Positions 27,245 to 42,480 of a stretch of 64,000 nucleotides of DNA are shown here, piece by piece. Each line of letters starts with the position of its first letter. The first letter of the stretch is position 1. Below the pieces are notes generated by a model, which searched no databases, was not told the origin of the DNA, and was given only the letters and a program-made list of their open reading frames with translations. Origin of the DNA: Eledone cirrhosa. Taxonomy: Eukaryota. The DNA lies in assembly GCA_964016885.1 (NCBI GenBank), contig OZ024746.1, positions 65,410,001-65,474,000 on the forward strand, in the 5' to 3' direction. Both the position numbers and the translations under genes were made by a program.

Positions 27245-28019
27245 CTTGGGGTAGAGAAAAAGAGAAAGCTTTAAACACAAGTTATACTCCAATCTGCATT
27301 GTGCTGTCAAAGTTGTGCGATTATCTCTCTTATTTAGAATTTTATATATTGCTCCGTAGTAGTTAAAATACTGCTCTCACTAAGTATCAATCCTTACCCA
27401 TGTTAATGAAATTAATCCCCCCAAATGTTTAATGTGTTGCGTAACGTGCTGACTATGCCACTAAACAATAACTAATAATTTCTAAACAACTTTGAAAATT
27501 GTACGGAAGAATTGATAGATCTCTATATTTACAAATGTTTGCAATTCAAATATCAAATAAAAAGAGAAGGGTGCCTTCGGCCTATTTCACATGTATATTT
27601 CTTAAGGTGTAAATATTTGTTTCAGGTCGAAATTGAAGCTAATATTTTCCAGAAATGTTTGTCTAGGTATCCTACTCATTTCTTTTTAAATTATACATCG
27701 GTGATATTTTCTATTCAAATTTATACATTTGAAATTTGTTGAGGTATGCAATAATTTATAAGCATGCTTTATCTCCTACTTGCCGGGATTGGATTTCTAA
27801 AAAGCATCCGAGAGCAATTTATTTTAGATTAGTATTCAGCTGAAGGATTTGCCTATCAATAACAGATAACGACATGTCATCAGAAAGAGGCGATTGACTG
27901 AATTTGACATATCATTTTACGGTTTCTATCAACGACTATTTAAAGAAAATTGTCCACGTCGGTTGCAATAATGTTTGCATAGATATCTACATATGTTGGA
28001 AAACATGACAATCTCATGA

Positions 28020-28529
<510 letters not shown>

Positions 28530-28568
28530 GATATTAATAAATGGAAACTATATTTATAAAACCATATT

Positions 28569-28633
28569 TATTTCATTATACATATTTCAGGGATACCAAA
28601 TTAAATAATGGTATGCCTTCATCAGACAAAATA
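28569..28633 (-). ncRNA. Type I hammerhead ribozyme (family A, left arm)
   Basis: Reverse complement of 28782-28846. Confidence 0.8.
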
Positions 28634-28781
28634 CAATATATAACAGTTTTACAAATAAGCTTTGACGTACCCTTTTAAAATGCAACCATTATTTTTGGAA
28701 GCCATACGGATAGCTTCCAAAAATAATGGTTGCATTTTAAAAGGGTACGTCAAGGCTTATTTGTAAAACTGTTATATATTG

Positions 28782-28846
28782 TATTTTGTCTGATGAAGGC
28801 ATACCATTATTTAATTTGGTATCCCTGAAATATGTATAATGAAATA
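28782..28846 (+). ncRNA. Type I hammerhead ribozyme (family A, right arm)
   Basis: TATTTTGT-CTGATGA-AGGCATACCA-TTATTTAAT-TTGGTATCCCT-GAAA-TATGTA-TA-ATGAAATA. Confidence 0.8.
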
Positions 28847-28974
28847 AATATGGTTTTATAAATATAGTTTCGATTTATTAATATCGTATATCTACTCCAA
28901 ATACTTGTCGAGTGCTTTATATCAGTTATAAAAATATTTACTTGTTGTATCCCAACAATTTTAAATAGAACTTT

Positions 28975-29061
<87 letters not shown>

Positions 29062-29720
29062 ATATATGAATATAAATAAATATATATATAAACGCGCGCA
29101 GGTGCAGTTCTGAATTGGAAGGAAAAGGGAGGATGAGAAATAGAAACAAGGAGCCATTATTCTCTGCTGTACTGCTTGTATTTGAGCTGAACAAAAAGAT
29201 TCTGTAATTGCATATCATATTAAACATATATTTAAAGCGACTTTGAATAAATACAACAAAATCAATGTTTTACGTTTTGCTTCTTTTATTTGTTTTGTAT
29301 TTGTTATTTAATGGTAACAATACATGATGTCAAACCGACAGATGTAAATACATCTCGGATATCCAGAACACAATCACATATTTGTACAAATTGAGAAAGA
29401 TTAAAAGAAATAGTAAAAAAAAAACTCGAGAAATATGATTGATATGCTTCAATATATTTGTTCCCTCGGTATAAAGTTCTATGGTCTTTCCCCAGAATTC
29501 AACGTCTGATTTATTTGCGTTCTGGCTGATTGCACGTCATTGTCCATGTATAAAGAAATACAAAGAAACACACTTGACTGTATCTTGTTTGGCGTCAGGA
29601 ATGGTCTAAGTTCAACAAAAACCATGAACTTCTAATCGAATCATCGTGACACACGGCAGAGACACTTTACATATGGGGAACATATTCTCTTTCAAGTTTG
29701 GAACACAGTTGATTTAGCTC

Positions 29721-29787
<67 letters not shown>

Positions 29788-29796
29788 ATAATTTGA

Positions 29797-29952
29797 TTCC
29801 AGTATTCTACTAATACTTATTTATCGACTTCGAAAGGATAAAGAGCAAAGTTGATCTCGGTGAGATTGGAACTCAAGAAGCGCGGAGAACCGCAACAAGT
29901 ACCGCAAACCTCTTTATCTGATGTTCTAACGGATGTACTAATTCGCCGCACC
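29797..29952 (-). mobile_element. Old family 1-like SINE
   Basis: tttatcgac..cgaaaggat.aa..gcaaagttga.ctcgg...ttggaactca pattern. Confidence 0.65.
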
Positions 29953-31109
29953 GATTTTGTCTCACCTCATGAACATTAGACTGCGACCCAGTTATTAAAG
30001 TATATATACTTCAGAACATCTGATTCATATCTATGGTGGAAAATACAACATAGAATGACGTCTAAACACGAAATAGTATATCATTTTCGAACTCTGAACA
30101 AATGCAAAGTTTTGAGTTCATATTATATTTACTCAAAGTCGTAATATTAATTAAATAATCTATTATAATAATATTGAACCAATATTTCATTATAGCCTAC
30201 TGTTATAGGATTTTGCACTGCACTCATATAACAAAGAAATCCAATTTTGTTGCTGATGAGAATAGTATTGCTGGTAATGTTATGCTAAATATATATAATT
30301 GACATGTGTTTTAATCAAGTATAGCAATTATTAACTATGTTCTGATAGAAATCAAATTTGGATTAAAAGTAAATCAATTATAGCAAATAATATTTCTGGA
30401 TTTAGAGTTGATGAGACTCAGAGTCTAAGCGATATAAACTAAAACAATTTTGTCACACAGTCTGAAAATATATATGCGTTTTAATTATTTTTTTGCACCT
30501 GTATGTGGTTGCTTCACGTACTGAAAAGAGTCACAGTAGATAATATAGTTCTAGCTATTCGTAAAAGGATGGAGCGTGTGTCACAAGAATAGCTTTTGAA
30601 TCATAAGTCTGCTCTGTCGGTACTGATTAGGAAGTGAAGATCAAAATACATATATTAATTTTACGTTCTAGTAGAATAATCAATGGAAAGTATTATTCTC
30701 ATCGTAGGACAGCAGGATATGTTAATTCATTTGTTTCTAGCATATTAGAATAGCTGAATTATTAAGATATTATGTATATAGATGTGACATAGTTCGAAAG
30801 AATTTCGCTGCGCCATCTTAATAAGTAATCTTTCATCTTGCTCATGTAAAATGATTATGGCATCTGTAATGCAACGTAATGTTTTAAAGTTGCTGGTGTA
30901 GTTGTTTAGCAAAACTTCATACCTATTCCAACAGATCTATAATCAATAGTATTCAAACAATGTTGTCCATAAAGACCAATAGAATTTAAAGAACTTAGGA
31001 ACTTTGTATTTTCGAATAATTGTTCTGCAGTTATTTTAACGCTTCAGTATAATTGTAAAATATATAAATGTTTCAATGTTCATCTTATCACCAATATTTT
31101 ATTTCTTAG

Positions 31110-31258
31110 TTTGCTAAATTGGGATTAGTGCATCACGACAGAGAAATGAGAACCATGTGGTAGAATGGCTAGTACATGGGATTTCGTTGGCTGTTCTTTG
31201 CAGCAACTATGTCAACATTTTATCCGTGATTCTTTGCTGAGATATGCTATCCGACCAA
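31110..31258 (+). other. Candidate host exon (unverified)
   Basis: ttttatttcttag acceptor, ATG at 31165 in an AGAATGG context reading MASTWDFVGCSLQQLCQHFIRDSLLRYAIRP, and donor AA/gtatgt. No recognised homology. Confidence 0.2.
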
Positions 31259-33560
31259 GTATGTAGAATTTGCCTCTGCCCTCTTTATTTGTTCTTTGTT
31301 CTCGTTTTGTTTTTAATCTCACTTCTAATTGTGTTTTATGAATTGAAAATATATTCTTTCAAATTGTATTCTTGAGCAAAGACCAAAGTCCATTAATGAG
31401 TTAACTTATTAGACAATCAAAACATTAGTTTCATTTGACTGACAAACATATTTGTATTTTAAATAAAACTTGGTTGTTTTGAAGTCCGTGTATTTTCCAG
31501 TTCCATTAGTATTTTAGGTGAGGTGCAATTGGATGTCTTGAAAAGGACTTGGAAAGCGAATTGAATTTTCTTTGCAAACATACGCATGATCAAAATTATT
31601 TCACCCGTGAAGAAATTTTAAGTGTATCTAGAACTGCTTTTAAAAATATTTTACTGTTTGTAAAAATATTTTCAAATGTGGGAAACGTTAAAAGCAAAAT
31701 TCTTGTAACGGTAAAACGCCAGCTCATAGCTTAACAACTCGAATAAGCAAGATCATATGTCAGATTTGATGTTAATATGTTATTTTGATTAAATATTAGA
31801 TATTCTTGTATGATAACTCATCGTATTTAAACTAACAGGAATAAATTATACGGGGATTTAATGCTTTATTTTCCATGTTTCAGATTAGACTGATAATAAC
31901 CCTTCTTTGAGAGTTAAGCTACTTGCTAACAAAGAATTCAACTCGCTTTCCATCCCATTTTGAAGCCACTACATGTCACCTCTCGTATACAATGTAATCG
32001 GATTTTCCCTTATAAGAAAATATTTTGTCACATAACATAAATAGTTTAGGTTATACCATTACCGGTCATATATTGTTTACGTGGAAAATTGTGGATGGAA
32101 CAATAAGGTGAAATTTAGAAAAATATTTGAAGAAATCGCAATAACTTAGGATTATTTTCCAGCAAAATTAGATCGCAAACCGGTTAATAATTAAAAATGC
32201 TTTTCAAATCGCAGATGTAAAGTAAATACATTTTAAAACAAGAAACTAGCTTAAGAAGGAATAAGATGGCAAATTGCTTATGACGGAACCATGTGCAGAG
32301 TCTATGAAAAAATTAGTGAAGCAAAACTATTAGTTGAGAAAAAATGGTGTTTGTTTTCTACCTTGTATTTTGGTTTAATTCATTGAAATAATCTCAGTAA
32401 ATCAATATGTATGCTGCAGGGTTTGTCCTGGAAATGGTTTATAATGGTATTCCTTGTATAACAATTATTAGGTAATAAAATCATGTCTGTTCCTTTCCAA
32501 ACAAAAATACACGATCGTCTATCTAAGTAATTTTCTGTAAAATATCTAAACCCATTTTAATAGTGATGGAAAATCTTTCAGTGAAACAAGTTCATTGACT
32601 TTCAGAAACTGTTGATTCACTAAATACTTTTTTCTACCGTATTTTGATAATAGTTACAGGATAGATGCAAATTATACTAGATGTTTAAATCGGATTTTAG
32701 CAACCGTTCATTTAAATGCGTTTGCAATGTTTTAAAAATGTACGAAAATCAATATTTTAGATTTTAGCAGTAAACAAATTCTTAACACAACATTCACTAT
32801 GATTAGGCAAAAAAGGTTCGAAATTCTAGTAGAGCACGGCAGGGCAATAAACCGTCCATGTATAATGATATGAAATTATTTTAATCTGGGGTGAATTAAC
32901 ACAACAATGAACTTTATAGGTTTTAAAAGACTAAGTTCCCTGTACAGTGCATGCAATTCCACGCTGGGTTTATATTTGTATTACATATCACGGAATTCCA
33001 ATAAAATATAATCATCTATCATGTAAAAGAATTTATATAACCTAATGTAGCACTCACGCTTATATTTATAGCTATGTTATATAACCTAATGTAGCACTCA
33101 CATACAGCAATGTGCTAACGTAAAACAAAATCAATATAAAATATATTAGACGAGCATAGGAAACTTTTGGTGAATCCTCGAATCTTTCCACTTCGTTTCA
33201 AATGTACATAAGAAATAAATGAGCGACACTAGGTCTCCACATTCCATTTCACATCAATGTAGGGGTATTTCTTGAGAAAATATAAATTAAAGTTAATCAA
33301 CTCTAATCTTATGATTATGTATCAAGCAGGCAGTCACGCTGAAAAAATACCCCTCATTAAATACCTTGAATATCCAGATGTCATTTCGTTTTGTTTTACA
33401 TTCTCTTGGTATCGATAACATAAAACCAAATTTGTAGTGGAATATAGCAGAATCTAAATATTATTTAAGCAAATGAACAAGTCAGGGCTTATTTACTATG
33501 TTGTCGCAACTTAGTACACAAACATTAAATCCACTCTTACATACGCAATTAAATAAACGC

Positions 33561-33640
<80 letters not shown>

Positions 33641-33642
<2 letters not shown>

Positions 33643-33800
33643 CGAAGGAAGTTTGGTAAGGAACCAGATGGACCCTAACGCACCAGAGTACTCAATACCC
33701 AGGGTAGTAGAGTGGGTAATAGGAAAATGTTTAACCCCGACAGTAGAGCTCAAGCCGTTTCTGGACTCCAGAAATAGCCGTCGGGGTTAAAATTTTCCTA
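33641..33800 (-). mobile_element. Family G fold-back mini-element
   Basis: Reverse complement of the 16300-16431 arm/tail plus a short inverted arm gccgtcggggttaaaattttcct; (TA)n flanks. Confidence 0.8.
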
Positions 33801-34371
33801 TATATATATATATATTGTTTGCTATTCTGTCTTCATTTTTTCTACGAAAACACCCTGGTAGAGTGCTTCTGGCATGATCATTTCGTTTCAGTTTGAATTC
33901 CTCTAAACTGGTCAGGCTTGGCCTATTTTCCCCACCTTGATGATACATATGATTATACGATTATTCATATAGAAAATCTTAGATAATACCATCCTTACTT
34001 AAGTTGAAATAACAATGTTTGACAGAACTATGTATAGAATAGCTTAATTGATGCATTTATTACAGACGAAATCAAAATTAGGTTACACGCCTATAAGCAT
34101 TAGCATAATTTTCCACTGCTATATTATAAATGATTATAGAATTAATTTTTGAGAATTTAATTAGATGTACAGAATTATGCGTTTAATCAGATAGTATAAA
34201 TTGTTATTACCAGAATAATACCCGAGAATGATAAATGCAACTCATATTTATGCAGTATTTCAGATAATATAACTATGGATTTTCCCCGAATCTAAAGCTA
34301 ATCCAATTTTCATCCAATGACTTAGATTGTTCTACTTCAATACTAGTATATGGTTTTAATGGTGAGTTCTA

Positions 34372-34520
34372 AAGGTTGTGGATTGGCAGTATGGATAGAG
34401 CAGCAAACAGCATACTTTGCAGCATAGAGGTACGGCTGTTTTCGTTCTGAGTTCAAATCACGTCGAGGTTACCTTTACGTTCATCCGTACGGAGTTGATT
34501 AAATACGTACTTTACTGGTA
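34372..34520 (+). mobile_element. Family 1 SINE, diverged
   Basis: ggattggcagtat... ctgagttcaaatc..cgaggtt. Confidence 0.7.
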
Positions 34521-36672
34521 AATGATCCAGACTTTATTAATTAATTACCTACCAGGTTTCTTTATCAAACATACCATACACACTCGAAAACATTGTTTGG
34601 TTTTGAAATTAAAGCACCGAGGCTGGGATAAATAAACGTACAACACAACTGCCATGACTATGCCTTTTCCACATTTTTATGCCTTATTCAAAGACTATTG
34701 TAACTCATTTTGCCTACCATTCCTTTGATGTCCGTAGAATAAGAGCCAATCAGGACTATTTCAATATAATATTCTATAAATAAATACATTGCAATTATAT
34801 CAATCAGATATTGAAACTGTGTCGAAATTTCGGTTAGAATTAGGCATCTCTTATATTCAAGTAATTGTTCACAATTCGTAATACTGAAAATTCTAGTGAA
34901 GATCAATTTAGCAGAAGTAAACAACAGTCAAGCTAGGCTGAATATACCTAAGTACATGTTGCTTTTGATGCTTACTCCTATATAGTCTCTGATCTAGCTG
35001 ACATGTGATCAAATGATTTCCAGTCGTGACGATCCCGTCTCTAGTATTAGGCGATATATTAGTCAATCCTTCCAGATTTAAAGTGTTATGGTTTGATTTG
35101 TGGATAATGTAGCTACCATTTCTTGCATGGTCGTACAACTGCACAGAATCTTCTGTTCAAATATAGTTAAGTATATATTAGTGGTACACATAAAAATACT
35201 GTAACTATTAAAAGAGCATGACGAATCAATATACAGTTTGACATTTACTTTAATTTCCCAGCCGTTATTTTCTTTAACATACTATATCCTGAAGTATTAT
35301 AGAAAAAGGGTCGCTTGCTCTGAAATGTCGTAAAGTAAGTTTCTTCTAATGAGTTTATAATCGTTAGTTCAGACAAGATTGTAAAACTATATTTTCAGTA
35401 AGGGAAATTAGTTTGGTTAAATTTATGCATGCAAACATATGTGCATCTGGCTCTTTCACTATGTAAGCACCATGTGGTCTGATATGTCAGTCAGGTTTCC
35501 GAATATAACACATTAAATTTCGTCTACCTTATGGGATTTCTGAATATATTTGAATGTTCATATAATATCGGCAATCTATATAGAAACCTATTTATATCTA
35601 ATAATTTTATTTTTATTCTAGTAAATGCAAGAAAATTAGACAAAAGAAAAACTTAATGAACCTACTCCATATCCTGTTCATATCTATTTTAACAGTAAAT
35701 GGTTTTCGTCTCTATTCATTTCGTTATTTTTCATTGCAGAGAGTGAAATATTCTTGTTAGTCGCGTCGAAAAGAGCAGTACCTATTATCATTGCTTATTA
35801 CCATTGACAGTTCACATTAGTGATTAGGTTATTTCCGAACTAGTCTGTGACAAGAGGTCAGCCTATGTCATAAGATCACTCAGACAAAAACAAAGGCCGG
35901 ATTTTCTATAGCATCAGACAATCTGGTGGGCGAAACCTGTTCAAACTGAAACATTTGTACGACTATATGCATATTTACTTACACTACCATTGCTACCACT
36001 ATAATATATCACATGGTATATACTGTGTATGTAAGTCAGCTATAAATACATGTCTTTTGACGATAGGATTGCAGCTGTTGTGTAATATTCAGCAGTTACT
36101 TTGTGGCGTTAGTCATTACTCTGTCATTGGTATTATAATACCTTGATCTAGGGGAGATGGAATTACAAAAATGTTAGATGCCTTGCGGTAATATTTGACT
36201 TCCATTTAAATTATAAGTTCAAACGGCACCGTAAGAGCTAATAAAATGTTATATATTGGGGTCTACAACAATTTTCGTCTTCAACCTCGTGGCCACCTGC
36301 AAATATAATAAACTATGCTATCCAAAATGTGTCATGTAACGTTTGATATTACTACAATTGAATGTTGGTAGATTGCCAGAATCTGTCAAATGACAGGCTT
36401 AATGCTTTGCAATATTTTGTTACTGCCTCGATGGGTCTGCAACCTATCCTGGGAGACGTGGGATCAATGCACAAAGGTTGCGTATCCCGAGACCCGAAAG
36501 AGGGCCCAGAAGGGAGAAAACCAGTTGGAACCTCGTACATTCTAAGTTCCAATCCCATTGGAGTCAACTTTATGTATCATAACTTCCGGCTTTCTACATT
36601 ATGTCACTTATGAAATTTTGTTAGAACTTGATATTAATAGCACTATATCTGACATTATATTTACACCCACTA

Positions 36673-36860
36673 AAGGCGGTGGATTGGCAGTGTCAGTAGA
36701 GGTTCGGATGCCATACTTTCCAGCATAGAGTTACGTCCCTTTACGGACTGAGTGCAAATCCCGCCGAGGTTAACTTAGCTTTTCATCCTTACGGAGTCGA
36801 TAAAATAAAGTATCTGTAATATACTAGGTAATTGCTAGCCTTGTGCCAAAAGTAGAAACA
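36673..36860 (+). mobile_element. Family 1 SINE with 19-bp TSD
   Basis: attatatttacacccacta at 36654-36672 and 36861-36879. Confidence 0.9.
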
Positions 36861-37106
36861 ATTATATTTACACCCACTATACTCTAAATATACATGAATT
36901 ATTGCCATCCAAAACAACATGTCCCTCCTGCTTCATTAGGAATCTGATACATTTAGAATTTGCAATTGTGTCTAATGTCTATTCATAATAATTCAAGTTA
37001 AAGAAATTTCATACTAATTGACTTGAATTGTATTGATATCAATGTTCTAATGTTAGAAATTAGGTGATATTTCCCTTTTTCTTTTGTCATTTCGTGTTAA
37101 TAATAA

Positions 37107-37204
37107 ATGTTTCTACTTTTGGCACAAGGCCAGAAATTACCTCAGTACATTACTGGTACTTTATTTTATCGACCTCGTAAGGATGTAAGGCAAAGTTAAC
37201 CTCA
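37107..37204 (-). mobile_element. Family 1 SINE 3' fragment
   Basis: Matches 18325-18425. Confidence 0.75.
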
Positions 37205-37311
37205 GAACACCGAGTTGAGCGAGGCGGAATCTGGCAAAGCCAAAGGGCGCAAAGAGTGAAGGGTAAATCATTGCATCTACATTCTAAATTCGTCTTCTAA
37301 CAAAAGAGGAT

Positions 37312-37368
37312 CTTCTTCTTCTTCTTCTTCTTCTTCTTCTTCTTCTTCTTCTTCTTCTTCTTCTTCTT
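37312..37368. repeat. (CTT)n microsatellite
   Basis: Directly visible. Confidence 0.95.
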
Positions 37369-37977
37369 TCGTAAACAATCTATTAAATTTGATTTTACTC
37401 TACCTTATTATGTCAAGCCCGTTTTGTACTCCAAATACAGAAAAATATCTTTTTCTCTTCCCCCGACGTCCCCTCTTCCCATATCCCTCTCTCTCTCTCT
37501 CTAGCTTTCTCCATCTCCTTTTCGCTCCTCCACTCTTTCCCTCTATCTCTGTCTCCTCTTCATTCTCTCCCTATCTCTCCTTTCCTCACATCTCTTCTCC
37601 TTCCCCTCTCTCTATCTCTCCCTCTCTCGCTCGTATTGCATTAAAAACTGGGTTTTTTTTCTAACCCTTAAAAAGAATTAACTGGTGAACTAAATGTTTT
37701 TTTTTTTTTAATTAGAAATGTTTAAAACAATTATTTTCACCCATTATTAAAGTCGTTCTATAGCTGGCATATTGATGTCTCCTTAACCACTTGGTCATTC
37801 CTTCTAAAGAAAGGTAAAGTCGATCATGATGACAAAATACTTAAATGTTCCTTACATTATCGAACCCTGAATGACAAAAAACAAAGAAGCCCACATCCTC
37901 TCCGGGTCTGAACATAACAAGTTTCTTCCAGCGAAGGAGATAAATTAAGATAAATGAAGTGAAAAAGAGAGATTGTA

Positions 37978-38102
37978 CTAGACTGGTACATTTTTATCGA
38001 CTTTGAAAAGGTGAAAGGAAAATTTGACCTCTGCTGGATTTGAACGCAGAGAGCAGATACCCGCAACGAATACCGCAAATATTCTATTCGATGATCTAAC
38101 AA
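37978..38102 (-). mobile_element. Old family 1-like SINE
   Basis: actggtac...tttatcgac...gaaagg...tgacctc...ggatttgaac. Confidence 0.6.
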
Positions 38103-38329
38103 TTACTATTACCTATTAGCCGAGATTAAAATAAACGTGTTTACAAATACGTCTTTACGATATATTTGCTATTTCTGACGCTTAACCTATGGCGAATGGT
38201 TTTGGTATATATGATCAAAACTTAACAAATATCAAAGGAGAAATTTAAGCATTAATATTTACTTTAAACACATTTTTAATATAAATGTCAACAACAAAGA
38301 ATCTATTCGTAGAGACTATACTGTTTTGG

Positions 38330-38368
<39 letters not shown>

Positions 38369-38964
38369 AGTGTGTGTGTATTTTTGTATGTGTGCTTGTG
38401 TGTGTAAAACGAGAGAAGGGTTAGAGAGAGATCAAGTATAAAGGTCAGACAATTTCTTATTAATAGTAGGATATATACACATTGAAGCAAACTTTATTCC
38501 AAATGCTACTTATACTTATACACATAAACACACATGCACAAATAGACACACAAACAGCACATATGTATGTGTGTGTGTGTGTAAGTTTGTAAAATGAGAC
38601 GGATGAAGAGCGTGAAAGAGATGGAGAAAGATAGAGACGAGGAAAGATATCAACTAATCACGTATAGGTTTTCAGTGTAAGAAGTGTGTGATGCTATGTG
38701 CCACTGGATATCATATCGAGTCATTTAGAAATTGATATTTTATTTCTGTAAGTTCGAATTTCCTCTTTATACATCTAGAAATACGGAAAAGATAAATGCA
38801 GTAACTTATTCGGATGTAATATTAAATATAAGTTTTGAACATAGTTCAAATGATATATTATGGTCCGTTCAGTCGACTGTAGCCTCTTCTGTATACAACT
38901 TTGAAACGGGTCTAAACATAGACTACTGGTTTTAACACTTCTTCCAGTTGTTGCCTTCCTGTTT

Positions 38965-39132
38965 CTTCAACAACAACTACAACTGTACGCGATGGGGCCC
39001 ACCCACAGTCCCGGCGGACAGAATGGGGAAGGCGTTTCCCTGGAGGATGGCGAGGGAGACGCGCTGGAAGAGCCACTCCAACCCCCGGGGCTCACACCTC
39101 TGCGGCTGGCCAGCTCAGCGCTTATGGTGATG
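38965..39132 (-). mobile_element. 3' end of a CRE/SLACS-clade non-LTR retrotransposon
   Basis: Minus strand EPRGLEWLFQRVSLAILQGNAFPILSAG matches the CRE C-terminal LFQRLSxAIQRGNA motif, followed by a (GTT)-like tail; GC-rich island. Confidence 0.7.
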
Positions 39133-39171
39133 AGTAAGGATGGTAGACTACTGGCTACGTACCATAACAGA

Positions 39172-39322
39172 GCGGCGGATGGACAGTATCGGTAGAACGC
39201 CAGACATGCTTTGCAACATAGAGTTACGGCCCTTTACGTTCTGAGTTCAAATCCCGCCGAGGTTAGCTTTACCTTTCATCCTTACGGGGTCGATAACATA
39301 AAGTACCAGTAATGCACTGGGG
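39172..39322 (+). mobile_element. Family 1 SINE
   Basis: A/B boxes and family 1 body. Confidence 0.85.
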
Positions 39323-39573
39323 TTTAGTTAACCCTTTATCATTTAAATTACTCTATATTTACTATTGTATTTTCACGGTAAACAAAATTATTCCACATAG
39401 TTATCTCACATCATATCGTTCTAGAAGATGTTGATATTATACATGTTCAGAACAATACCTTAACATAAGTATGAGCAGTCAATTATGGCCGGTTTGAACA
39501 GAATGAGGTAAGAGAATTCTGGACGGATACGGCTGGCCTTAAGCCTATAGTAGAAATCATTATTACGTAGCAT

Positions 39574-39760
39574 GGCGGTGGATTGGCAGTATCGATAGAA
39601 GGTCGGACGCCATGCTTTGCAGCATAGCGTTATGGCCCTTTACAGTATGAGTTCAATTCCTGCCGAGTTCAACCTTGCCTTTCATCCTTACGGAGTCGAT
39701 AAAATAAAGTACCAGTAATGCACTGGGTAATTGTTGGCCTTGTGCCAAATGTAGAAACAA
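39574..39760 (+). mobile_element. Family 1 SINE with ~15-bp TSD
   Basis: attattacgtagcat / attattacgttgcat flanks. Confidence 0.85.
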
Positions 39761-39829
39761 TTATTACGTTGCATAACACCGGCATGTTACTTGAAACAAA
39801 ACAAGCAATGTTGTTTGTTGAAGACCAAC

Positions 39830-40025
39830 AGTTATCCAAGCATAGCTGTCTCCCTTCTCCACGCCACCAATGTTCTCCAACGGAAAGGCAATGGCCGATT
39901 AAGTGTGGCACCAGTGACGTCGCAACTCATTTCTACAGCTGAGTGAACAGGAACAACCAGAAGTAGTGTCTTCTGGTAATCGAACTTACCACCTCACGAT
40001 TATAAACCCAACGTTTTAACCACGA
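39830..40025 (-). mobile_element. Decayed family 2-like SINE
   Basis: Minus strand tggttaaaacgttggg...aagttcgatt...gacactac...gttcactcagctgtagaaatgagt. Confidence 0.5.
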
Positions 40026-40088
40026 ATTCATATATTATATGATATAACATAATGTATGCAATATAATATGAAAAAAAGTTTGTAAGTG

Positions 40089-40131
<43 letters not shown>

Positions 40132-40399
40132 TTAGGTGTCAATTTTTAATTTTTATGGGAATTTCTTATCCGTATGTGTATCTTTTTCATAGATATGTTC
40201 GATGCTCTATTAAGATTTTTACATATATCTAATCCCAGAAGTGCCTGTTTGTCTCAGTGTGTAATATTTCACTGACAAACGCATTAAAGTTTGGCGTATG
40301 TTTAACACATCTCAAATAACTACTTTAATATATTCTGATAATATTTTTTACTTTTATTCTTTCCTAACACTTTCTCGTTTTCTCTAACCCCTCTATACA

Positions 40400-41219
<820 letters not shown>

Positions 41220-41635
41220 CCTCTTTCTCTCCGTGCTGGCATTCAAACAGTTGGCACAATAAGATGTGAATTCCAAGCCGTATATCATGTGAAAAACAAA
41301 TAAGGTAGTATCTAAGTACAGTTTATAAATATGGCAATAACTGCTTATTAACCATTCTAAACTAAACATCAATAATTATATTTGGCATAAATTTATATCT
41401 TAAAAAGAAGATATTTTAATATTTATGTTTACTGTTATATCAAAGACAGAAACATATAACTGCGCATGAAGGAAACACACTTCAGGTTAATAGAAATTAT
41501 ACTGATAATTCGAAGAATAACGTAAATAAACTTACTTAATAAAAATACTTCGCACACACGTAATCCCATACACATACACGTAAGCAGAAAAACACACGCA
41601 CAGTCACACAGTCACACACGCGCTTATATATATAC

Positions 41636-41683
41636 ACCCTAGTATCGAGTACTCTGGTGCGTTATGGTCCACCTGGTTCTTTA

Positions 41684-41687
<4 letters not shown>
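41636..41687 (+). mobile_element. Family G tail fragment
   Basis: ccctagtatcgagtactctggtgcgttatggtccacctggttc. Confidence 0.7.
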
Positions 41688-41754
<67 letters not shown>

Positions 41755-41756
<2 letters not shown>

Positions 41757-42360
41757 AGTATGTACACGTACATACATATATGTATACAGACATACAGTAG
41801 TATGTATATATATATATACATACATGCACACATATATATATGTACGTATGGATTCACCGAACATTTATTATAATGCTCGGTGTGTTTGTAAACGGAAAAA
41901 AATGAAACGAAATTTCATTTCCCACTCTTAGTACGGCTGTTACTTAAATATAAGTATGTACACGTACATACATACATTTTTTCCGTTATCGTTTTCGGTG
42001 CACCCGGCCGATTAACCCACTCGATATGCAAATTGGGCTACTCAGCCGTTAATATGCATAAGGTAAGTATATACGTTCAACAATCTGGCAGGAAGGTATA
42101 CGTTGCTGACGATAGCTAATAAGCTTGAAACTAGTACAGCGTTCCTTTGTCTGTTGAACAAACGAGCAACGATGGTTGCTGGACACTACGGCTTAATACG
42201 GGATGTTTGTTTACAAACACACCGAGCATTATAATAAATGTTCGGTGAATCCAATCCATACGTACATATATATATGTGTGCATGTATGTACATACTTATA
42301 TTTAAGTAACAGCCGTACTAAGAGTGGGAAATGAAATTTCGTTTCATTTATTCCGTTTAT
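41755..42360. mobile_element. HHR family I element with inverted, rearranged 5' arm
   Basis: 41976-42360 matches 26695-27139; 41755-41975 consists of inverted pieces of its 3' part. (TA)n flanks. Confidence 0.85.
42100..42142 (+). ncRNA. Minimal type I hammerhead ribozyme (family I)
   Basis: Identical to 26826-26868. Confidence 0.85.
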
Positions 42361-42404
42361 ATATATATGTATATATATATATGTATATATATATATGTAT
42401 ATAT

Positions 42405-42472
<68 letters not shown>

Positions 42473-42480
<8 letters not shown>

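Larger units (their letters stand above)
28529..28978. mobile_element. HHR family A fold-back element (174-bp arms plus ~90-bp tail)
   Basis: Arms 28529-28702 / 28713-28886 with a 10-nt centre; (TA)n on both sides. Confidence 0.9.

Noticed and set aside
34688-35144. Two adjacent 78-aa minus-strand ORFs
   Set aside because: No recognisable domain or convincing splice pattern.
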